From: Frankiaceae bacterium
GTDB lineage: Bacteria > Actinomycetota > Actinomycetes > Mycobacteriales > SCTD01
Assembly (NCBI GenBank): GCA_016650445.1
Contig: JAENVS010000002.1
Location: forward strand, 10,980-74,979
Length of the DNA stretch: 64,000 bases
Reading direction: 5' to 3'
Shown: positions 1-7,254 of the stretch, piece by piece
How the letters are laid out: each line of letters starts with the position of its first letter
Position numbering within the stretch: position 1 is the first letter of the stretch
Notes under the pieces: model-generated
Databases searched by the model: none
What the model saw: the letters and a program-made list of their open reading frames with translations, nothing else
What the model was told of the DNA's origin: nothing
Made by a program: the position numbers and the translations under genes

Positions 1-756
1 GACCTCGACTCGAAGTTCTACGCCGCCACGCAGACCATGGACGAGGCTCGGCACGCGGAGACCTACGCGCGGTTCCTGCAGGAGAAGCTGGGACTGCTGT
101 ACCCCATCAACGACAACCTCTCCAAGCTGCTCGAGGAGACGCTGCGCGACTCGCGCTGGGACATGCCGTACCTCGGCATGCAGGTGCTCATCGAGGGGCT
201 CGCGCTGGCGGCCTTCGGGATGCTGCGCGACATCACGACCAAGCCGCTGCCCAAGCAGATCCTTGCCTACGTCATGCAGGACGAGGCGAGGCACGTCGCA
301 TTCGGCCGGCTTGCCCTGAAGGACGCCTATCGCGACCTGACGTCGAAGGAGCGCGACGAGCGCGAGGAGTTCGTGGTCGAGGCGTGCTACCTGATGCGCG
401 ACCGCATCCGGGGCCGCGAGGTCTGGGCGCTGTGCGGGCTGGACGAGAAGGAGTGCGACGGCTACGTCGACCAGTCGGAGTTCATGAAGCTGTTCCGCAA
501 CCAGCTCTTCACCCGCATCGTCCCGATCGTCAAGGACATCGGCCTGTGGGGCCCGAAGGTCCAGCGGGCCTACGCCGACATGGGCGTGCTGGAGATGGGC
601 GACGCCGACCTCGACCTGCTGATGAAGAACGACGAGGACCTGGCCGAGCAGATCGACCGCGACAAGCAGGAGGCCGCCGAGGTCGAGCGCCGGATCACCG
701 AGATCGAGCAGACGATCGCCATCGGTGCCGACGAGCAGCCGGTCGCTGTCGACTGA
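1..756 (+). CDS. Ferritin-like di-iron protein (AurF-like), 5'-truncated by the window
   Basis: Open frame from base 1; two DEARH di-iron motifs plus IEGLALAAF. Confidence 0.8.
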   Translation, partial: DLDSKFYAATQTMDEARHAETYARFLQEKLGLLYPINDNLSKLLEETLRDSRWDMPYLGMQVLIEGLALAAFGMLRDITTKPLPKQILAYVMQDEARHVAFGRLALKDAYRDLTSKERDEREEFVVEACYLMRDRIRGREVWALCGLDEKECDGYVDQSEFMKLFRNQLFTRIVPIVKDIGLWGPKVQRAYADMGVLEMGDADLDLLMKNDEDLAEQIDRDKQEAAEVERRITEIEQTIAIGADEQPVAVD

Positions 757-792
757 TTCCCCCTAGCCTGGTCGCCATGGCGTGGGTGTCGC

Positions 793-1323
793 GTGGCTGA
801 GCTGTGGGGGCTCCTCGCGGATGAGGACCGGCTTCGGGTGTTCTCGGCCATCGCACTCGGTGCCCGGTCGGTGCCCGACATCGCCGACCACACCGGTATG
901 GACCCGCGCACCGTCGTGAAGGCGTTGCAGCGGCTGGAGTCGGGCGGCGTCGTGCGCACCGACGGGCCCGAGTGGGAGCTGTGCCGCGACGTCATCGCCG
1001 CCGAGGCTCGGCGTACGTCCAAGTCGTTCGAGCCGTACGACGAGGAGGGCCTCGCGCCGCAGCAAGCCTCCGTGCTGCGTGCGTTCCTGCGCGACGGGAG
1101 ACTGGCGTCGATCCCGTCGGTCCGCTCCAAGCGGCTCGTCGTCCTGGACCACATCGCGAAGGTCTTCGAGGTCGGCGTCCGTTACAAGGAGCGAGACGTG
1201 GATGCCCTGCTTCGGGCGTTCCACGACGACTACGCGGCCTTGCGCCGGTATCTCGTCGACGAGGGCTTTATGTCGAGGGAGCACGCCGAGTACTGGCGGA
1301 CCGGAGGCAGTGTCAGGGTCTGA
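793..1323 (+). CDS. DUF2087-domain protein with N-terminal winged HTH
   Basis: N-terminal ArsR-like HTH; C-terminal FLRDGRL..IP....KRLVVL...Y.E.DV..LL..FH.DYA.LRRYLVD.G signature. Confidence 0.8.
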   Translation: MAELWGLLADEDRLRVFSAIALGARSVPDIADHTGMDPRTVVKALQRLESGGVVRTDGPEWELCRDVIAAEARRTSKSFEPYDEEGLAPQQASVLRAFLRDGRLASIPSVRSKRLVVLDHIAKVFEVGVRYKERDVDALLRAFHDDYAALRRYLVDEGFMSREHAEYWRTGGSVRV

Positions 1324-1374
1324 ATATGGTGGTCCCGGATTGGGCGAGAAATCCGGGTGATCCGTCCACGGGAT

Positions 1375-1390
1375 TGGTCCGATCGGGTGA
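1375..1390 (+). promoter_or_regulatory. Putative regulator box (BldM/WhiI-like), copy 1
   Basis: TGGTCCGATCGGGTGA; related boxes at 3036 and 5751 precede the two downstream surface-protein genes. Confidence 0.55.
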
Positions 1391-1464
1391 TGCGCGGCCA
1401 ATCGGCTGCGCACGAGGCTTTCCCGTGCAACGGCACGAAATCTGCCGTCCGGCCACCAGGCCGG

Positions 1465-1572
1465 CGGGCAGGGGGCGAAGATCCGCGCGGTCCTCACCGA
1501 CACCGCACCGGTGCACGGAGGCAGACGGTCGCCTAGACCGGCGGGGAGCCAACGGCGAGCCCGACTTGTCCG
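1465..1572 (+). ncRNA. c-di-GMP-II-like riboswitch variant, copy 1
   Basis: P1 CGGGCAGG/CTTGTCCG; k-turn GC-GAA-GA...GA-GC; P3 TCCGCGCGGTC/GACCGGCGGG; pseudoknot GGTCGCC(1527-1533) with GGCGA-GC-CC(1554-1562); near-identical copy at 3125. Confidence 0.75.
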
Positions 1573-1616
1573 GCTGGACGAGCGTCGCGGCGCTCCCGCC
1601 TGGATGGACGACGACA

Positions 1617-2852
1617 GTGACCCCTCGTACGCGCCATGTCCCGACAACCAGCACAGTTCACGGGTTTCGGGCACTCGTCGGCGCGGTGGCGCTCCTTGTG
1701 CCGCTGACGCTGTTGTTGTCAGCTTCGCCGGCCGCGGCCGCGGTGCTCACCACGCACGACAAAGTCGGGATCTGCCATGCAATCGGCGGTCCCAAGGCGT
1801 ACGTGACGAACAGCCCGAACATCGACAGCATCGTCAAGGGAACCGGTCACGGCGGCCACGTCGACGACATCATTCCGGCGTTCGACTACGACCTGGGCGC
1901 GGGCGTCAAGCACTACGCAGGCCAGAACGTCGCGCTGATCAGCATCCTGAACAACAACTGCGGTCTGCCCGCGACTGCGCGGGCGGTGGCCCCGACTGTC
2001 GTTCAGTCGCAGTGCGTCAACAACGCGGGCACCGTGCCCACGTACACGATCGTCCCGGTCGCCGGGGTGGTCTACAGCGTCGGCGGCACCCCGGTGACGG
2101 GTACGAACAACGGCGCGGCGGGCAGCGCGATCACCGTCGTGGCAACGGCTGCGTCCGCAGCCATCACCTTGACGGGGAGCACGAGCTTCCCGATCACCTT
2201 CGCCGCGACCCCGACTCCGTGCGGCAGCACCCCCGCAGGCCCAGGACCGGGGAGCACAGGCGATGGGGGCGGCCCGGCACTGGACGGCAACCTCGGTGTG
2301 ACCAAGACGGGGACAGCCACGGCGCAGCCGGACGACGAGCTCGTGTGGAGCATCGTCGTGACCAACACGTCGGGTGCGGCTGCTACCGGCTTCACGGTCG
2401 CCGACAGGCTGGCTCCGGGGCTGTCGTTCAGCCAGGTTCAGGGCAACGACTTCGTCTGCACGCTCGCGGGCCCGAACATCAGCTGCGGTTACACCGGGTC
2501 GCTGGCGGTAGGCGCGAGCGCGACGATCTCGGTGCGGGCCCTCCTCGACGCCGGCTACAAGCCGGATGCGGTCACGAACACCGCTGTTCTGACTCCGGGC
2601 CGGCCGGACACCGACAGCGCGGACAACAGCTCCACAGCGATCACCGCTGTCACGCACCCCGCTGAGGAGTTCACTGGGGGCGGCGGCGGTGCGGTTGTGG
2701 CCCCGCCGGCTGAGACGGCGGGCGGCGGCGCGGCCCTGCCGTTCACGGGGTCGAGCACCGCGCGACTCGCCCAAGCAGCGCTGGCACTCCTGCTGCTCGG
2801 CGGATACCTGCAGGTCCTCGGTCGTCGACGCCGCCCGGAGGTCATCGGGTAG
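1617..2852 (+). CDS. Secreted sortase-anchored surface protein with DUF11 domain (LPFTG)
   Basis: GTG 1617 in frame with ORF 972..2852 and preceded by GGATGGA; signal peptide; KVGICH head; DUF11-like LGVTKTG...PDDELVWSIVVTN...VADRL; LPFTG + TM + RRRR tail. Confidence 0.8.
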   Translation: MTPRTRHVPTTSTVHGFRALVGAVALLVPLTLLLSASPAAAAVLTTHDKVGICHAIGGPKAYVTNSPNIDSIVKGTGHGGHVDDIIPAFDYDLGAGVKHYAGQNVALISILNNNCGLPATARAVAPTVVQSQCVNNAGTVPTYTIVPVAGVVYSVGGTPVTGTNNGAAGSAITVVATAASAAITLTGSTSFPITFAATPTPCGSTPAGPGPGSTGDGGGPALDGNLGVTKTGTATAQPDDELVWSIVVTNTSGAAATGFTVADRLAPGLSFSQVQGNDFVCTLAGPNISCGYTGSLAVGASATISVRALLDAGYKPDAVTNTAVLTPGRPDTDSADNSSTAITAVTHPAEEFTGGGGGAVVAPPAETAGGGAALPFTGSSTARLAQAALALLLLGGYLQVLGRRRRPEVIG

Positions 2853-2875
2853 TTCGTCGCCGCCGGCGCGGCCCA

Positions 2876-2908
2876 GGCCCCCTGCCCTGCACCGAGGGGA
2901 GGGGGCTG
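2876..2908 (+). terminator. GC-rich hairpin after the first surface-protein gene
   Basis: GGCCCCCT-G-CCCT...GGGG-AGGGGGCT imperfect inverted repeat; no U-tract. Confidence 0.35.
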
Positions 2909-3035
2909 TGGCCTGCCCGGAGCACCTTCATGATCCCGCGGAACCAATTTCTCACTCTGAGTATCTCGAGCCGTGCGTTCCGTCACTCTCTGAGGTCGAT
3001 TCGGCCCGGAAAGATAGGAAGTACGCACGCGAAGA

Positions 3036-3051
3036 TTGTCCGAACGGGTGA
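3036..3051 (+). promoter_or_regulatory. Putative regulator box (BldM/WhiI-like), copy 2
   Basis: TTGTCCGAACGGGTGA followed by TGCGCGGCCA, as in copy 1. Confidence 0.55.
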
Positions 3052-3124
3052 TGCGCGGCCATCCGCCGTGGAGAACGCTCAACGGGCACGGCAAAACCTG
3101 CCGTCCGGCCGAGCGATCGGCTGG

Positions 3125-3233
3125 CGGGTGGGGGGCACGGATCCGAGTGGTCCACACCGACACCCACAAGGTGCACGGAGGAAGACGGTCGCCTAGACCG
3201 CTCGGGGAGCCAGTGGCGAGCCCGATCTGTCCG
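3125..3233 (+). ncRNA. c-di-GMP-II-like riboswitch variant, copy 2
   Basis: P1 CGGGTGGG/TCTGTCCG; k-turn GC-ACG-GA...GA-GC; P3 TCCGAGTGGTC/GACCGCTCGGG (covaries with copy 1); pseudoknot GGTCGCC(3187-3193) with GGCGA-GC-CC(3215-3223). Confidence 0.75.
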
Positions 3234-3276
3234 GTACGACCAAAGCGCCGCTGCGCTTCGCCGGACGGATGTCGCC

Positions 3277-5661
3277 GTGAACGTTCTCCCTCAGTCCCTC
3301 GCGACCGGCCTGCGACGCCGTGCTGCGCGGCGGGGCGCTGCGCTTGCCCTGGCCGTCGCCGTAGTCGCCCTGTTCGGTGGGGTGCCAGCCTCGGCCGGTG
3401 GCAGCGGGACGGTCAAGGTCGACGGTGACGACGTCGGCGGTCCCGGCAACGCGCCGCACCAGGCGTGCGGGCTGCAGGTCTCCCTGTACGACTTCGACGC
3501 GGGCGCGCACAACGCGGTGGTTACGTGGACCGCGAAGGACACGGGTCTGCCGATCGTCACCACCCCCGCGAGCGGCGCGACCAACCCCTACCCGTTTAAC
3601 GCGAGCGGCAACTCCGAGCTCAACATCTCCCTCCCCTTTGCCCTGCACACCGCCGGTCTCACGTTCCACGCCGGCCTCGGGTACCACGTCACGCTGGACG
3701 TGAGCGTCGACGGCGTCGGCAAGAGCAAGGTCATCTACGTCGGCGCCTGCTCGACGGACGTGGCCCTGTCCAAGACGACGTCGACTCCGACCGTCGCAGT
3801 CGGCGACGCGGTGCACTACACGCTGACCGTCACCAACAACGGCCCGCTGAACGGCGTGGGCTTCCAGGTCACCGACACGCTGCCGGCCGGGTTCACCCTG
3901 ACCTCCATCACGGCCCCCCTGTGGGACTGCGTCGGCACGGGTGTCGACTGCACGTACAAGCCCTCGAGTCCGCCGGTCCTGGTGGGCTCGTCGACGTCCT
4001 TCACCGTCAACGGCACGGCAACGGCCGCGGGCATCCCGTCCATGACGAACAACGCGCACCTTGACCCGCAGGACACGGACAACACCAACAACGCGGCCTC
4101 GGTGGTCGTCAACGTGAACGGCCTCGCGACCTCGCAGGCCGTGACCTTCGCGGACTCGGCCTGTGTGGCCAACCAGTCGACGGCGAACACCTACACGATC
4201 CCTGACCCGATCCCGACCGGTGTGGTCTACAAGATCGGTGCCGCCACCCAGACCGCGGGGCAGCACGCCGCCAGCCCCGGTCTGCTCACGGTCGACGTGA
4301 CTGCGGCTCCCGGCTACACCCTGTCTGGACTGGCGCAGTACACCCACACCTTCCCGGCCGTGGCGACCGGCTGCGAAGCCCCCACGGCGGCGGTGACGAA
4401 GGCCAACAACGCGAACGGGGATGAGACCTTCAGCATCTCGGAGGAGGCGACCTCGGTCTCACAGCCCGTGCAGTTCAAGCTGACGGTCACCAACACCAGC
4501 CCCTACGCGATCGACGTCAACCCGTCGATCTCCGACCAGGTGTGGGTAGGTGCGGAGCCCACGGAGGGCCCCAACCCCACGTCGTACAACTGCCTGCCGG
4601 CGATCACCAACCTGGCGCCCACGGTCAGTGCTTCCTGCGTGTTCACCGCGGACAGCTACTCGCCGGAGGACGGCGTGACCAAGTCCAACCGGGCGACGGT
4701 CACGTTGACCAAGTTCGTTCCTGTGGACGTTGACGTTCCGGGCCTGCGGCGCTTCAGGGCAGCGGCGCTGGTCGCGCCGTTCACCGCCGTCAGCAACGTC
4801 TCGACGGTGAAGACGGTGAAGCCCGTGATCCGCGTCGTCCTGCCGACCCCGGCTGCGGCGGTTGCCCCGACGGCGTCGCAGTCGACGTGCACCAACGGCA
4901 CCGCAACGACTCCCTCGTTCACCGTCCCGACGACGACGGGTGTGGTCTACACGCCGGCCACCGGCGGGACCGCGACGCCGGGCTCGACGGTGACCGTGAC
5001 GGCTGCTGCGGCTCCCGGCTACGTCCTGAGCGGACCGAGCAGCTTCCCGCTGGTCTTCGCAGCGCTGGCGGACTGCAGCATCACGGACAACGTCGGCGTC
5101 AGCAAGACCGGCCCCGGCACCGCACAGCCGGGTGACGAACTGGTCTACGCGATCGACGTGACCAACGTGCGGGGTACGCCGGCCACCGCCTTCACGGTCG
5201 TCGACACCCTGCCCGCGGGGCTGTCGTTCAGCTCCGCCGTCGGCTCCGGCTTCGCCTGCACCAACGCCGCCCAGGTCATCACGTGCGTGTACGGCGGTCC
5301 GGCGCTCACCGTCGGTCAGTCGGCCACCATCTCGGTCCGGGCACTGCTCGACAGCACCTTCAGCGGGACGTCGGTCGCCAACACGGCGGTCGTCGACCCG
5401 GGCCGGGCCGACTCCGACGCCGGTGACAACAGCGCGACCGCGACCACTGCGGTCGTCCCGCTGCCGATCTCCGGCGGTGGAGGCGGCGCCGTGGAGGAGC
5501 CCGCCGCCTCACCGTCGCCCGAGCCCGTCGCCGGTGGTGGAGGGGCCCTGCCGTTCACCGGCATCGACGGCGCCCAGCTCCTGCAGCTCGGAGTCTCGCT
5601 CCTGCTGGCCGGCCTGTTCGTGTCGCTGGCCACCCGCCGGCGGCGGACCAGCGCGGAGTAG
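3277..5661 (+). CDS. Large secreted sortase-anchored surface protein, multiple DUF11/Ig-like domains (LPFTG)
   Basis: Signal peptide; DUF11-like repeats (DVALSKT..VGDAVHYTLTVTNNGP...VTDTLP; VGVSKTGP...PGDELVYAIDVTN...DTLP); LPFTG + TM + RRRR. Confidence 0.85.
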   Translation: MNVLPQSLATGLRRRAARRGAALALAVAVVALFGGVPASAGGSGTVKVDGDDVGGPGNAPHQACGLQVSLYDFDAGAHNAVVTWTAKDTGLPIVTTPASGATNPYPFNASGNSELNISLPFALHTAGLTFHAGLGYHVTLDVSVDGVGKSKVIYVGACSTDVALSKTTSTPTVAVGDAVHYTLTVTNNGPLNGVGFQVTDTLPAGFTLTSITAPLWDCVGTGVDCTYKPSSPPVLVGSSTSFTVNGTATAAGIPSMTNNAHLDPQDTDNTNNAASVVVNVNGLATSQAVTFADSACVANQSTANTYTIPDPIPTGVVYKIGAATQTAGQHAASPGLLTVDVTAAPGYTLSGLAQYTHTFPAVATGCEAPTAAVTKANNANGDETFSISEEATSVSQPVQFKLTVTNTSPYAIDVNPSISDQVWVGAEPTEGPNPTSYNCLPAITNLAPTVSASCVFTADSYSPEDGVTKSNRATVTLTKFVPVDVDVPGLRRFRAAALVAPFTAVSNVSTVKTVKPVIRVVLPTPAAAVAPTASQSTCTNGTATTPSFTVPTTTGVVYTPATGGTATPGSTVTVTAAAAPGYVLSGPSSFPLVFAALADCSITDNVGVSKTGPGTAQPGDELVYAIDVTNVRGTPATAFTVVDTLPAGLSFSSAVGSGFACTNAAQVITCVYGGPALTVGQSATISVRALLDSTFSGTSVANTAVVDPGRADSDAGDNSATATTAVVPLPISGGGGGAVEEPAASPSPEPVAGGGGALPFTGIDGAQLLQLGVSLLLAGLFVSLATRRRRTSAE

Positions 5662-5672
5662 CCGCGCAGCTC

Positions 5673-5708
5673 CCGGAGGCCGCGTCCCACACAGGACGCG
5701 GCCTTCGG
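5673..5708 (+). terminator. Strong hairpin, probable terminator
   Basis: CCGGAGGCCGCGTCC-cacaca-GGACGCGGCCTTCGG, 15-bp stem 11 nt after the stop. Confidence 0.65.
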
Positions 5709-5750
5709 TGTACGACGGGGATGCTCACGCCCGCGAAAATGGTCCTCCTG

Positions 5751-5766
5751 TAGTCCGAACGGGCCA
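5751..5766 (+). promoter_or_regulatory. Putative regulator box, copy 3 (degenerate)
   Basis: TAGTCCGAACGGGCCA shares the GTCCGAWCGGG core with copies 1 and 2. Confidence 0.45.
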
Positions 5767-5836
5767 TGACGGCGGGCGCCCGTCTCGCGCACTCTGACAG
5801 CGGCAACAAAACGGACAGTTCAGTCAGGAGTACATC

Positions 5837-6286
5837 GTGGCCACATCAGCCCCACAGCGCCGCCTCGCCCACGCCGTCGTGGCGCTGGCCGTCGCCGGCC
5901 CTGCCGTGCTGCTCGGCGGGGTGGCTTGGGCCGACCCCACGCCGCCGCCGGACGCTGTCACGGCGACGGACACCGCCGCGGCCACCGAGGCGCCGGTCGT
6001 CCAGCCGAGCGTCGGCACCTGGATCATCGGCGGCACCTTGCTGGAGGGCTCCGCGGCCAAGCCGGCGGCCAAGCCGGCCGCCAAGCCCGTCGCCAAGCCG
6101 GCCGCCGTCGCGCCGGCCCGCACCTCCACCCGCACGGGGGCGCGCACGCAGCGGGCGACCAGCCAGCCGACCGCGCTGGCTTTCACCGGCGGCCACGTCG
6201 AGGCGCTCCTGCCTGCCGGCATCAGCCTGCTCGTCGGCGGTGTCGCGCTGATGCTCGCCGCCCGCCCCCGCCGCGCCGTCGCCTAG
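5837..6286 (+). CDS. Small secreted, sortase-anchored (LAFTG) Ala/Pro/Lys-rich protein
   Basis: AGGAG RBS; signal peptide ending AWA; AKPA repeats; LAFTG + TM + RPRR. Confidence 0.75.
   Translation: MATSAPQRRLAHAVVALAVAGPAVLLGGVAWADPTPPPDAVTATDTAAATEAPVVQPSVGTWIIGGTLLEGSAAKPAAKPAAKPVAKPAAVAPARTSTRTGARTQRATSQPTALAFTGGHVEALLPAGISLLVGGVALMLAARPRRAVA
6056..6103 (+). repeat. 12-bp coding tandem repeat x4 (AKPA/AKPV)
   Basis: GCCAAGCCGGCG / GCCAAGCCGGCC / GCCAAGCCCGTC / GCCAAGCCGGCC. Confidence 0.85.
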
Positions 6287-7254
6287 GTCGCGCCTTCCGC
6301 GAGCGCGACCAGCAGCCTGCGCAACGAATCCAGTCTGGCCGCGCTGACCCCCACCTCGTCCAGGGCGCAGCCCGTTGTGCCCGGCAGGTGGCTGCACCCC
6401 GGCGGGCACCGCTCGGCGGCCACGGCGAGGTCAGGGAACGCCGCGAGCACCCGGGCCGGCGTCACCGCGCCCAGGCCGAACGACCGGATCCCAGGGGTGT
6501 CGATAACGGTGCCGCCCCCCGGCAGCTCCAGCGCGATCACGGACGACGAGATGTGCCGGCCCTTGCCGATCCCGCTGACGTCCCCCACCGCGCGCTGCGC
6601 GTCCGGGACGAGCTGGTTGACGAGCGTCGACTTGCCGACCCCCGACTGCCCGAACAGCACGCTGGTCCGTCCCGCGAGCCGGGCCTTCAGCTCCGGGACC
6701 CCGGTCGCCGGTCCCGTGACGACGGCCTCCACACCCAGCGGCCGGTAGAGCGCGAGCAGCTCCTCGGGTGACGCGAGGTCGGACTTCGTCAGGCACAGCA
6801 GCGGCTCCAGACCTCCGTCGTACGCCGCGACGAGGCAGCGGTCCACGAGCCGAGGCCGCGGTGGAGGGTCGGCGAGCGCGGTGACGACGACGAGCAGGTC
6901 GGCGTTGGCGACGACGGCGCGCTCGACCGGGTCGCTGTCGTCGGGTGTGCGCCGCAGCAGGCTGCTGCGCGGCTCGATCCGCACGATCCGGCCGAGCGCA
7001 TCCGGACCGCCGGCGATGTCGCCGACCACCCCGACCCGGTCGCCGACGACGACCGCGCGCCGCCCGAGCTCGCGGGCCCGGACCGACGTGATGATCGAGC
7101 CGTCCGCGAGCCGGAGCCGGTAGCGACCGCGGTCGACGGTGACGACCGTCGCGGCGACGGCCTCCTCGTGGGCAGGGCGGATGCGCGTGCGCGGACGCGA
7201 GCTGCGCCCGGGGCGGACCCGGACGTCGTCCTCGTCCAGCTCGCGCGCGGTCAC
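6283..7254 (-). CDS. rsgA: Ribosome small subunit-dependent GTPase A
   Basis: TKSDL, GQSGVGKST, GKGRH, DTPGIRSF, C-terminal CPPGCSH..GC; GTG overlaps the aroA stop. Confidence 0.95.
   Translation of the reverse strand: MTARELDEDDVRVRPGRSSRPRTRIRPAHEEAVAATVVTVDRGRYRLRLADGSIITSVRARELGRRAVVVGDRVGVVGDIAGGPDALGRIVRIEPRSSLLRRTPDDSDPVERAVVANADLLVVVTALADPPPRPRLVDRCLVAAYDGGLEPLLCLTKSDLASPEELLALYRPLGVEAVVTGPATGVPELKARLAGRTSVLFGQSGVGKSTLVNQLVPDAQRAVGDVSGIGKGRHISSSVIALELPGGGTVIDTPGIRSFGLGAVTPARVLAAFPDLAVAAERCPPGCSHLPGTTGCALDEVGVSAARLDSLRRLLVALAEGAT

Noticed and set aside
1430..1480. GGCA(C/A)..AAA-hairpin read as a c-di-GMP-I (GEMM) aptamer
   Set aside because: No tetraloop/receptor or GCAAA junction; the k-turn and pseudoknot fit class II much better
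972..1616. N-terminal 215 aa of ORF 972..2852
   Set aside because: Overlaps the DUF2087 gene and the structured leader; signal peptide and RBS point to GTG 1617
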